Shown here: piece by piece, positions 9,570-18,961 of the stretch
Layout of the letters: each line of letters starts with the position of its first letter
Numbering within the stretch: position 1 is the stretch's first letter
The notes under the pieces: generated by a model
The model's input: the letters and a program-made list of their open reading frames with translations, nothing else
Databases searched by the model: none
What the model was told of the DNA's origin: nothing
Assembly: GCA_963977015.1 (NCBI GenBank)
Contig: CAXBMO010000001.1
Span: 160,001-224,000 of the forward strand
DNA: 64,000 bases
DNA from: an uncultured bacterium
GTDB lineage: Bacteria; Verrucomicrobiota; Verrucomicrobiia; Verrucomicrobiales; DEV007
Direction: 5' to 3'
Made by a program: the position numbers and the translations under genes

Positions 9570-10673
9570 CTAGACCCGTCCGGAGAGAGCGGACCGGACC
9601 ATCAACATTTCGCCGAGACTTTGCGAGTTGAAGATGCCGACGATCGGGCCATTGGGCTGGTCAACAACAGGCACGAACGGAACTCGGTCCGTATTCATCA
9701 CCTCAAGGGCTTGCTCGAGTTGGCTCGAACCCAGCACCGGCCGGGAACTCGGCAGCATGGTCAGTGAAATGGGCGCATCCGGGCCATGCTTGCGAAGCCC
9801 GTCCAGAATTCCGTTCTTGCTGAGAAATCCGAGAAAGACGCCGTCTTCGTCAAGAACCGGAAAATCGGATTGGGATTGAGCGACCAACAAATGGGAAGCT
9901 TCGCCAAGCGGCATGTCGGGTGGCAAGGTCTCGAACTTTCGCAGCATCGCCGAGGAAACTGTCAGCCCCTGGATCTGGGCACGCAGTTTGGCGGAGGACG
10001 CTTCCCGGCCTGCAGCAAAGAAGATGAAGATGGCGATAAAGATCAGCACGAAGTTTGCGCCGGGATTGTTGATGGCCCAGAGCCCTCCCAAAACCGCCAG
10101 GAATTGGCCAAGCGCTGCTGCGATCGACGTTGCTCGTGCATGAGGCATGATCGACGCCAAAACGGAACGCAAAACGCGACCACCGTCCATTGGGAACGCC
10201 GGGATCATGTTGAAGACGACCAGGCTGATGTTGACCATGAACATGTAGACCATCAATTGTGATACCGAAAGCGGTGGGAAGCCTTCCGGCATCTCGCCAT
10301 AGGTCGGATTGAGGTAAAGAAAGAGGCCGAGGATGGCGGCAATGACGACGTTGACGGCAGGGCCGGCGACCGCAATGACGAATTCATGCCAAGGGTTGGT
10401 CGGCATTCGTTCAAGCCGGGCCAGACCACCGATGGGCAACAGCGTAATGTCCGGCGTGCGGATTCCGAAAAACCGGCCCGCGAAGGCGTGGCCAAACTCA
10501 TGGAGCACCACACAGGTAAACAGGGCGATCGCGAAAATGACGCCGAAAATTGCACCCGTCATTTCCCCCTCGCGGAAGCCCATGTAGCCGAATCCCGCCA
10601 GCAAGAAAAAGAACGTGAAATGGATTCGGAGCTGTGTGCCGAAAATTCGAGCAATGGGGAAAGACCAGGCCAT
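9570..10673 (-). CDS. Site-2 protease (M50) with CBS domains
   Basis: HEFGH, AVAGPAVN, NMIPAFPMDGGR; C-terminal CBS pair. Confidence 0.95.
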   Translation of the reverse strand: MAWSFPIARIFGTQLRIHFTFFFLLAGFGYMGFREGEMTGAIFGVIFAIALFTCVVLHEFGHAFAGRFFGIRTPDITLLPIGGLARLERMPTNPWHEFVIAVAGPAVNVVIAAILGLFLYLNPTYGEMPEGFPPLSVSQLMVYMFMVNISLVVFNMIPAFPMDGGRVLRSVLASIMPHARATSIAAALGQFLAVLGGLWAINNPGANFVLIFIAIFIFFAAGREASSAKLRAQIQGLTVSSAMLRKFETLPPDMPLGEASHLLVAQSQSDFPVLDEDGVFLGFLSKNGILDGLRKHGPDAPISLTMLPSSRPVLGSSQLEQALEVMNTDRVPFVPVVDQPNGPIVGIFNSQSLGEMLMVRSALSGRV

Positions 10674-10751
10674 TTAGGCTAAGTTACGGCTCGATCAGAA
10701 GTTTGAGCCAATGAAAAAGAAGGTCGCCACGAGTTTGATAATCAGAATCCC

Positions 10752-10782
10752 AAAAAACGAAAAAGGGCGGAGTTACCCGCCC
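10752..10782 (-). terminator. Intrinsic terminator
   Basis: Minus strand gggcgg-gtaact-ccgccc-tttttcgtttttt. Confidence 0.75.
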
Positions 10783-11024
10783 AGAGAAAAGGAAAGTTAC
10801 TCACTGACCCCGATCTTCAATCAGGCGTTCGGTCTCAATCCCATTCGGGCGGGTAATTCCAGTACCCGGTTGGTTTTTGAATTTCATGATCTTTTCCACG
10901 GGAAAAATTTCTTCGAGGACTTCGGTTTCCAAGAATTTAGACGCCGGTGGTGAGAAAAATTCACCCATTCCTTTTGCGTTTAATTTGGAGCAAATGTTTG
11001 GCCCAATTTGGCTCGGATTGGAAC

Positions 11025-12482
11025 TCAGTTGGACGTCGCGACCAACTTGTTCCACACGCGCACGATTTTGGCTTTCACGTCCCAGAGTTCGCAGGTGTAA
11101 TTGTTGATGTACAACGCGAAGGCGTATCTCTGCCCGGATTGGGCGTTCACATAGCCCGCATAGTTTTTAATGCGATCAAGCGTTCCACTTTTGGCCTGGA
11201 TCCGCCCTTCCGCCAAGCTGCCTTGTCCAATGCTGCGCAGCGTTCCTGATCGCCCGGCAACCGGGAGCGAGTCATAGAAGGGCTGGAAATTTTCGCTCTT
11301 GGCGGCGTGATAGAGGATGAGGGCCATTTGCCGGGCCGTAACGGTGTTGGAGCGGGAAAGCCCACAGCCATCGGCCATGAAAAACCCATCCATATCAATG
11401 CCCTTGCCCGCCCAATGTTGTTCGGTCGCCTTGGCCGCATCGTCCAGAGTTCCGTTCCCGCGGCCTTCAACGCCGTTCATTCGGTGAATGCATTCGGCCC
11501 TCAGGTTCACGCTTTTGTGATTTGTCAGGACCATGATCGATGCCAGTGAATCCGATTGTTGCACGAGGATCGTTTCGCGAGTTTGGCTCACCTGGGTGCC
11601 CGCAGCTTCCAGCAGTCGAATCGTGGACGGCTCGCCGGTGACTTCGAATTCACGCTGGTTCAGGTGTTTGGTGAAGGCGCGCGCGCAGAAAAACGCAGGA
11701 TCAGGGAGCGATCCCTTGATCGTGAAGGAGGAATTCCCGGCGGGGACGGTTCCACGAAGGTAAAAGACCTTGCCGTAGGGAACTCCATAGATATAGCCGT
11801 TGTCTCCCGAACCCGCTGAGCCGACCCGCATCTCATTGAAGAATTCGATTCCGGGCAGTCGCGGATCGGTGCCGATCAACGTGGCTTCTGAGCCGACGCT
11901 TGAAGTTCGAAAGGTGCAGAAAAATTGGTTCTGGTGAAAGGTCAGGCCGCTGGCGCCCGCTCCGTAGTAATTGCCCATATCGTTCCACTGCCAGGTATCC
12001 GGGAGCAGTTTGGTCCCGAAAATTGAAGCGTCGCCGATCACCCGGCCATCGATTTTTCGAATTCCGGCTTCGGCCAACGCGGCTTGCCATTTGGCAAAGG
12101 TATTGACGATTTGCGAAGATCCGAGAGTGGGATCGCCCCCGCCTTTCACAATCACATCACCCTTCAAGACGCCGTCGGCATCAATGGTCCCGATGTATTG
12201 CAGCATGGTCTTGAAGCGAAATTCAGGACCAAGGATGTCGATGGCTGTCGCGGTGGTGACCGCCTTCATGGTGGAGGCTGGAATCAACCCCGTGTCTGCC
12301 TGAAAACCGCGGGCATCGTTCTCCGATGCCGCGTTGAGAGGAATGACGCAGAAGCCGATGGAAGCCGTTTTCATCCCCGCTTCGGTTTGAATTTGCCGGA
12401 CTTCTCGAATGGCGGTCTCGAAAGACGACTGAGCTTGGGAGAAGGCCGTTGTGAAGAACAGACAAGCGACAAAACGAATCAT
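11025..12482 (-). CDS. dacB: D-alanyl-D-alanine carboxypeptidase/endopeptidase PBP4 (S13)
   Basis: PASTMK, GGGDPTL, SVN, DGCGLSR, KSGT. Confidence 0.95.
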   Translation of the reverse strand: MIRFVACLFFTTAFSQAQSSFETAIREVRQIQTEAGMKTASIGFCVIPLNAASENDARGFQADTGLIPASTMKAVTTATAIDILGPEFRFKTMLQYIGTIDADGVLKGDVIVKGGGDPTLGSSQIVNTFAKWQAALAEAGIRKIDGRVIGDASIFGTKLLPDTWQWNDMGNYYGAGASGLTFHQNQFFCTFRTSSVGSEATLIGTDPRLPGIEFFNEMRVGSAGSGDNGYIYGVPYGKVFYLRGTVPAGNSSFTIKGSLPDPAFFCARAFTKHLNQREFEVTGEPSTIRLLEAAGTQVSQTRETILVQQSDSLASIMVLTNHKSVNLRAECIHRMNGVEGRGNGTLDDAAKATEQHWAGKGIDMDGFFMADGCGLSRSNTVTARQMALILYHAAKSENFQPFYDSLPVAGRSGTLRSIGQGSLAEGRIQAKSGTLDRIKNYAGYVNAQSGQRYAFALYINNYTCELWDVKAKIVRVWNKLVATSN

Positions 12483-12640
12483 GTTCCATTAGACGATGAC
12501 TTGGCGGTTCGTTCAACGGGACCGTCAAAGTTTCCGATTGGCCGGAAGCGAATAGAGCCGATAGGGAAGGTGTCCAAATTTCGGCTTTCCCTCTTGAAGA
12601 AGCCCTCCATAATACCCGACCCCGCTTGAGCGGGCTTCTC

Positions 12641-14557
12641 ATGGCTTCAGAGATGTCCATCGCAAAGCAATTACGTCAAAGCTTGATCTTTCGGCGAGTG
12701 GTTGGATTTGCCTGGCACCTGACCGGTATCACCGTGTGCTTTCTGATCGCTTTTGTGTTGCGACTGTTTCCAAACGATCTGTCGCACTATCAGACAGCCA
12801 TGTTCCAAACGCTGCCGATCGCTTGGATCATCTTTCTCGGATTCATCGTCGTGTTTGGGCTGTACCGGGGACTGTGGAGCTATTTCAGCTTTCGCGACTG
12901 TTTTCGCTATGCCTATGTCTATCTGCTGGCGACGGTTCTTTTTTCCTGCACCGTCTACGTGATCGGGACCAAGGATGAGTTTGGTGAACAGGTCATCTAT
13001 CACAGTAGTTTCAGCGGCTTTCCGAGGATGGTGTTTCCCATGTTTTACCTTCTCCTGGTCGGGTGGGAAGTTGGTGGCCGTGGCTTGGGCCGATTGATCC
13101 GGGATTTTCAACTTCAAGGCGTGAACTCGGCGAATCGGGGGCCTCGAACGATCCTGGTCGGATCACCGGAAGAGAGCGACCAACTCCTTCGCAGCCTCGT
13201 TAATCCGCGACTCGGCCTTGGTGAAGTTTGCGCGATCGTCTGCAATGAAGAGCGCCGTTCCAATGCAACGCTCCACGGTGTGAGAATGCTTGGCGACATG
13301 AAGCAGGTTGGCCAACTCGCCAAAGAGGTGAAGGCGGAGATGATTCTCTTCGTTCCTCCCTTCAACACACCCAAGCGCATCAAGAGCATCATGAAACTGA
13401 TTTCCGATGCGGAAGTCGCTGCTGAATTCCGGGTGATCCCTTCCCTGAAAGACATTGCCCATGGGCACATCGACGTGTCTTCCCTGCGGAAAGTGGAGAT
13501 TGAAGACCTCCTCAACCGCAAGCCGAACGTCTTTGATCGCTCCATTATCGAAAACTTCCTCAAAGGAAAATCCGTTCTCATTACGGGCGCGGGCGGAAGC
13601 ATTGGATCAGAGATTTGCCGGCAGGTCATGACTTACCAGCCTTCAAAGCTGGTTTTGTTCGATCATTCCGAATTCAACCTTTTCGAGATTCAACGCGAAT
13701 TGACCACCAAAAATGGATCCGCTTGTGAGGTCATTGCCAGGATGGGCGATGTAAAGAAGGAAGTTGATGTGCAGCATGCGATTGAGGATGCCGGTGGAAT
13801 TGATATTGTCTATCACGCTGCGGCCTACAAACACGTTCACCTCGCCGAGGAAAACGTGGGGAATGTGCTTCTCAACAATGTGCTTGGCACCAATTGCGTC
13901 GCCGAGGTGGCGGCGCAGAATGGCGTTGAGCAGTTTATTTTGGTGTCGACCGACAAAGCGGTTCGACCAACCAGCGTGATGGGCGCCAGCAAGCGAATTG
14001 CCGAACGCTGCATCATGGAACGGGAGAGAAATGGTACGCAGTTCAAAGCCGTCCGGTTTGGAAACGTACTCGGAAGTAGTGGCAGCGTGATTCCGATTTT
14101 CAAAAGCCAGATCGCGAACGGTGGACCGGTTACCGTGACGAGTAAGAACGTCACGCGCTATTTCATGACGATTCCGGAAGCGGTCGAATTGGTCTTAATG
14201 GCAGGAGCAGTTGGCGAAGATCGCAACATCATGGTGTTGGAGATGGGTGATCCCGTCAAAATCGACTTGCTGGCCCGGCAGCTGATCGAGCTTTCGGGGT
14301 TGGTTCCCGAGAAAGATGTCGCGATCAAATACACAGGGCTCCGAAAAGGGGAAAAAGAGTATGAGGAATTGCTCACGGAAGACGAGAACGTCACCGAAAC
14401 CGCCTATGAAAAGATCTGGGTGATGGAGAAAGACGATACGAAGCTGAAGCCGGTGGATTTGAATCAAATTCGTGAGTTGGCAGATTCCAATGATCTGCTC
14501 GGCCTTCGCCAATTGGCGAAGGAATTGATTCCTGAGAATCGGCTCGAGTCCGAATGA
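12641..14557 (+). CDS. Membrane nucleoside-diphosphate sugar dehydratase (CapD/PglF/WbpM family)
   Basis: N-terminal TM helices; ITGAGGSIGSEI, HAAAYKHV, STDKAV, VMGASKR, RFGNVLGSSGSVIP. Confidence 0.95.
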   Translation: MASEMSIAKQLRQSLIFRRVVGFAWHLTGITVCFLIAFVLRLFPNDLSHYQTAMFQTLPIAWIIFLGFIVVFGLYRGLWSYFSFRDCFRYAYVYLLATVLFSCTVYVIGTKDEFGEQVIYHSSFSGFPRMVFPMFYLLLVGWEVGGRGLGRLIRDFQLQGVNSANRGPRTILVGSPEESDQLLRSLVNPRLGLGEVCAIVCNEERRSNATLHGVRMLGDMKQVGQLAKEVKAEMILFVPPFNTPKRIKSIMKLISDAEVAAEFRVIPSLKDIAHGHIDVSSLRKVEIEDLLNRKPNVFDRSIIENFLKGKSVLITGAGGSIGSEICRQVMTYQPSKLVLFDHSEFNLFEIQRELTTKNGSACEVIARMGDVKKEVDVQHAIEDAGGIDIVYHAAAYKHVHLAEENVGNVLLNNVLGTNCVAEVAAQNGVEQFILVSTDKAVRPTSVMGASKRIAERCIMERERNGTQFKAVRFGNVLGSSGSVIPIFKSQIANGGPVTVTSKNVTRYFMTIPEAVELVLMAGAVGEDRNIMVLEMGDPVKIDLLARQLIELSGLVPEKDVAIKYTGLRKGEKEYEELLTEDENVTETAYEKIWVMEKDDTKLKPVDLNQIRELADSNDLLGLRQLAKELIPENRLESE

Positions 14558-14750
14558 GGAATTGAGAACGTTCGTGGGTGGGGGAATCCGGAAGTGTTGA
14601 AAGTGGCTGGTAATTTGGCGAAAGCGGGTTATCGAGATACTTTGTCGTGGAATTCAGGGGCTAGCGGAGCGTCAACTTGTTTGTGGTTTGTTTGGAACCA
14701 GCGAATCGGAGCTCTCAGCCCTACGCGACAGCGTTTCAGTATATCGTATC

Positions 14751-15950
14751 ATGTCTAATTTCGAACAGCTTGGCATATCCGACCGAGTGTTGACTGCCGT
14801 CAAAGCCTTGGGTTGGGAGAAGCCGACCCCAATTCAAGAACAATCAGTGCCAGCTGCCATTGAAGGCCGCGACATCATTGGTGCTTCGCAAACCGGAACC
14901 GGCAAAACCGCCGCATTCGGTTTGCCCGTTTTCAGCAAACTTGAAGCCAATGGCACGCCGAAGTGCCTCGTGTTGGAGCCCACCCGGGAACTTGCATCCC
15001 AAGTTGTCGAAGCCTTCCGGGAGATGGGGAAATTCACCCACCTGAAGATGGTGTTGCTCTATGGAGGCGTGAAATACGGTGAGCAGAACGAGGGATTGAA
15101 GAATGGCGCAGACATCATTATTGCGACGCCTGGCAGGCTGTTGGATCACATCAGTCGTGGAAATCTCAGTCTGAAGAGCATTGAAATGCTGATTTTGGAT
15201 GAGACCGACCGAATGCTCGACATGGGATTTCTCCCTGATGTCCGCAAGATCGCCGAAATGTGTCCGAAGAAGCGCCAGACGCTTCTTTTTAGCGCGACGA
15301 TGCCGCCTCAGATTCAAACGCTGGCAAACTGGGCGCTCAAGGATCCGTTGGAAATTGAAATTGGTCAGCGGCGAAGCGTTGCCGAAACGGTGAACCATGC
15401 TTTTTATCCGGTGTCGATCGATCAGCGCGACGATTTGGTGCTGGAACTGCTCAAGCGGACCGATTTTTCGAGCGTGATGGTCTTTACCAGGACCAAGCGT
15501 GAAGCGGATTCACTGACCAATCTCGTCAAGAGCCGGACCGAACACTCCTGTGTTGCGCTGCATAGCGACATTCCTCAAAACAAGCGCGAGAGCGCACTGA
15601 GAGGATTTCGCGACGGCGAGTTCGACATCATCATCGCGACCGACGTCGCTGCCCGTGGCCTCGATATCAGCGGCGTCAGTCACGTGATCAACTATCGCGT
15701 TCCCGAGAATGCCGAGGACTATGTTCACCGGATTGGTCGGACTGGTCGTGCCGAATCCGAAGGGGATGCGTTTACCGTTTTGTCGGCTGATGAGGTTGAA
15801 TTTGCGGAATCGATCGAGCGATTCATCAGCAAGAAAATCGAGCGTCGCAAGCTGGATGATTTTCCCTACATTTACACGGCGTTGCTCGATGCCGATACAG
15901 CCAAGAAGAAGAAACGACCCGGCCCGCCGAAGCGTCGCCGGCGTCGTTAG
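14751..15950 (+). CDS. DEAD-box RNA helicase (motif II reads DETD)
   Basis: SQTGTGKT, PTRELA, TPGRLLD, DETD, SAT, ARGLD, HRIGRTGR; basic C-terminal tail. Confidence 0.97.
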   Translation: MSNFEQLGISDRVLTAVKALGWEKPTPIQEQSVPAAIEGRDIIGASQTGTGKTAAFGLPVFSKLEANGTPKCLVLEPTRELASQVVEAFREMGKFTHLKMVLLYGGVKYGEQNEGLKNGADIIIATPGRLLDHISRGNLSLKSIEMLILDETDRMLDMGFLPDVRKIAEMCPKKRQTLLFSATMPPQIQTLANWALKDPLEIEIGQRRSVAETVNHAFYPVSIDQRDDLVLELLKRTDFSSVMVFTRTKREADSLTNLVKSRTEHSCVALHSDIPQNKRESALRGFRDGEFDIIIATDVAARGLDISGVSHVINYRVPENAEDYVHRIGRTGRAESEGDAFTVLSADEVEFAESIERFISKKIERRKLDDFPYIYTALLDADTAKKKKRPGPPKRRRRR

Positions 15951-15958
15951 CCACTTCC

Positions 15959-15985
15959 GGCGACTTTTCTGAGTCGCCATTTTTT
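15959..15985 (+). terminator. Intrinsic terminator
   Basis: ggcgact / agtcgcc stem followed by atttttt. Confidence 0.6.
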
Positions 15986-16023
15986 GACGAATCCAGATCG
16001 GCACCGTATCCGTCCCCGGTAGG

Positions 16024-17433
16024 ATGGATAACTTTCCCCATGCCGCGGTTCGTTACTGGGCCTTTCTTGAGACGGTCTTTGACCGGGTCGCAGAGGATCC
16101 GCCACTCATCGAGGTGGCGGCGAGAATGCCCGAACTTGAGTTGCAGAGTCTCTGGTTTGCCGGTGCATTTGGGCGGGATTTTCGGTCGAATTGCGATCGG
16201 AAAGTCCGGATCGTCCAGTTTGGTCACTGGAATCACGGTTCAGGGCCGGACTTCACGGAAACCGCCGTCGAGATCGATGGGGAGCTTGTGGCCGGAGATA
16301 TCGAGATTGATCCGGAAGTTCGAGACTGGGAGCGACATGGTCACAGCAGAAATCCGGACTTCAATCGCGTCGTGCTTCACGTGTTTCCGAAACCGGAGAA
16401 GGCCGCAGCGCGTTTGTTCACACAGACCCAGGATCATCGAAATGTTGTCCAGGTTGAGTTGGATTTGGCGAGTTTGACGAAGGGGCGTCGTGGGGAGCAT
16501 CAACCGGAAGCCAAGCTGGGAAGATGTTCGGCACCACTTTCGGCAATGGATGACGTTCGACTCGAATCCTTGATTGAGGGAGCGGCCCAATTTCGCCTGC
16601 AAACGAAGATTACCCGGATATCGGCCACTGCTGAGCTTCATGGTCCGGAGGAGGCCCTGTATCAGGGGATTGCTGAAGCTCTGGGCTATCGGCCCAACAA
16701 ACTGCCGATGCGGGTTCTCTCGCAGCGACTTCCGATTCTCAAATTGCTCGATGCTGAGGCGGTGGAGCGGGAAGCTTCCTGGTTTGGGAGTGCGGGTTTT
16801 CTCGAGCGTGAGCCGTTCGAATCGGCGGATTCTGAGACGCAGACCTATCTTCGCACCTTGTGGGAACACTGGTGGAAGCAGCGAGGTGCAACTTCGCCAA
16901 TTCCAGACTTGGCGTGGAAACTCAGCGGCATTCGACCGGCCAACCATCCGCAACGTCGGATTGCCGCGATGGTCGAACTAATGGCTGGCTGGGAACGGTT
17001 TTCGGGCTTTGTCCCGAAGCCCGGGGAGGATCCCAAACCCAATTGGCCCAAACGGGTTCGCGAAGTGCTTGCGAATCTGCAGCATACGTATTGGAGCCAT
17101 CACTACACGCTCCGATCCAAAGCGGTTGCCAAACCGATGGCGCTGATCGGAAAAGATCGCATTAGCGACATTCTTGGAAACGTCTTGTTTCCGTTCGCGA
17201 TTTCAGCCCATTCCTCTGAGTGGGCGGCGTATCGGGAATTGCCAAACTCGGTGGAGAACGAAAAGCTGCGTCGAGCTAAAATCCGACTTTTTGGCGAAGC
17301 GACTGGCAGGAAGAAGCAATTCAAGAAGTTCTACCAGCAACAAGCTCTACTTCAGATCTTCGAAGACTTCTGCCTCGTGGATCTCAGTGATTGTGCGGAT
17401 TGCCCATTCCCTGAGCAGCTCGCCCAATGGTGA
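16024..17433 (+). CDS. DUF2851-like protein
   Basis: WNHGSGPDF, GDIEID, WERHGH...FNRVVLHV, RPANHPQRR, C-terminal C-x5-C-x2-C. Confidence 0.8.
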   Translation: MDNFPHAAVRYWAFLETVFDRVAEDPPLIEVAARMPELELQSLWFAGAFGRDFRSNCDRKVRIVQFGHWNHGSGPDFTETAVEIDGELVAGDIEIDPEVRDWERHGHSRNPDFNRVVLHVFPKPEKAAARLFTQTQDHRNVVQVELDLASLTKGRRGEHQPEAKLGRCSAPLSAMDDVRLESLIEGAAQFRLQTKITRISATAELHGPEEALYQGIAEALGYRPNKLPMRVLSQRLPILKLLDAEAVEREASWFGSAGFLEREPFESADSETQTYLRTLWEHWWKQRGATSPIPDLAWKLSGIRPANHPQRRIAAMVELMAGWERFSGFVPKPGEDPKPNWPKRVREVLANLQHTYWSHHYTLRSKAVAKPMALIGKDRISDILGNVLFPFAISAHSSEWAAYRELPNSVENEKLRRAKIRLFGEATGRKKQFKKFYQQQALLQIFEDFCLVDLSDCADCPFPEQLAQW

Positions 17434-17447
17434 GGATGTGTGAGTAC

Positions 17448-17477
17448 AAAAAAAGCGACCGGGAAGTTCCCGGCCGC
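17448..17477 (-). terminator. Intrinsic terminator of the sigma factor gene
   Basis: gcggccggga / tcccggtcgc stem plus T7 on the minus strand. Confidence 0.75.
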
Positions 17478-17512
17478 TCAAAGAATGTCTTCGAACAAAA
17501 GAAAGTGCCGAC

Positions 17513-18484
17513 CTAGGTTTCGGCGAATTCTTCCTCTTCTTCGTCAGCTGCCAGGATGGCACTCTCAAGATCATCGCCTGCTTCGGCTTTTTGACGATCC
17601 TTCACCTTCTTCTTGGTTTCTTCCAAGTCTGGAGTGAGGCCTTTGGCTGGCTTTGGACCAGGATCTTCACGCTTCTGAAGCGCGCGACGCAATTTCTTCA
17701 ATGCGATGTTCTGCAACTGACGAATCCGCTCGCGAGTCACGCCAAATTCCTGGCCAACTTCTTCGAGCGTTTTTGGCTTCTCGCCATTCAGTCCAAATCG
17801 AGCATCGATAATGCGGCGCTCGCGCTCATCCAACACGCTCAACAAGCCATCAAGCTGGTTGTGCATGTTTTTGTGGGAGAGCAACTCAAGAGGCGTTTGG
17901 GCGCGGTCATCACCGATGATTTCACCAAACTCGGTGTTGTCATCATCGCTGATGGGAGCGTCCAAGGATGCTGGACGAAGGCTGGCTGCCTTCAGGTGAG
18001 CCAGTTTCGCGCGATCAATGCCGATTTCCTCGGCCAACTCCTCGTCGGTGGGTTCCCGGCCAAGTTCTTCGGCCAGAACCATCGCCAAGCGGCGCATTTT
18101 TGAAATTTTGTCCACCATGTGAACGGGAAGGCGAATCGTCTTTGACTGGTTCGCCAGCGCTCTTTTGATCGACTGCTTGATCCACCATGCTGCGTAGGTG
18201 GAAAGCTTGCCCCCTTTGTTAGGGTCGAAGCGTTCGACGGCCTTCATGAGGCCGATGTTGCCTTCCGAAATAAGATCGAGAAGCGGTAAGCCGTAGTTGG
18301 CGTAATCTTGGGCAATCTTAACCACAAGTCTGAGGTTCGCCTTGATCATGTGAGCGCGCGCTTCCATGTCGCCTTTCTTAATGCGCTCGGCGAGTTCGAC
18401 TTCTTCCTCACGCGTCAGCAGCGGCGTCTTGCCGATTTCGCGTAGGTAGATTTTGATGCCACCATCTAGTTCTAGGTTTGACAT
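17513..18484 (-). CDS. RNA polymerase sigma70 factor, RpoD/RpoS type, lacking region 1.1
   Basis: YLREIG, ANLRLVVKIA, DLISEGNIGLMKAVERFD, TYAAWWIKQ, TLEEVGQEFGVTRERIRQ. Confidence 0.96.
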   Translation of the reverse strand: MSNLELDGGIKIYLREIGKTPLLTREEEVELAERIKKGDMEARAHMIKANLRLVVKIAQDYANYGLPLLDLISEGNIGLMKAVERFDPNKGGKLSTYAAWWIKQSIKRALANQSKTIRLPVHMVDKISKMRRLAMVLAEELGREPTDEELAEEIGIDRAKLAHLKAASLRPASLDAPISDDDNTEFGEIIGDDRAQTPLELLSHKNMHNQLDGLLSVLDERERRIIDARFGLNGEKPKTLEEVGQEFGVTRERIRQLQNIALKKLRRALQKREDPGPKPAKGLTPDLEETKKKVKDRQKAEAGDDLESAILAADEEEEEFAET

Positions 18485-18961
18485 ATGAGAGTCTCCGGGT
18501 GAGTAGTGATTTGTTGTTTTCTGGGTGAACGAGTTGCGAGCAACTCAAAGAGGCAAGTGTGGATCGGCGGGTTTACTCAATAAACAGCCCGCTTACCAGT
18601 AAAAAGTCACATTTCGTGACATTTTTTAGGGAAAGTGGGACTTCAACCCTGATTCCGAAACCTGCAGAGCCGTTTGACGGGTTCTCGCACGCATTCGAAA
18701 AGCGATGGCAGAAGAATTCAGCTTATTATTGTAGGATTTGGGATGATTTGACAAGTTTAAAGTCAGCTTTTCTTAAAATTCTATCTATTCAGTTTAATTC
18801 GAGAGGGTTTTCACTCCCTTTCCAGCCTGAGAATCCTTTTGGAACTTTAATATCGTCGTTCGCCGATAACTTTGTTTACAACCTGCAAGAAAAGGCTGAC
18901 AAAAAACCACACGCGTTCTTTTACGCATCTCTTTCAAGTTTTGATACGGAAGCCTTAACGA

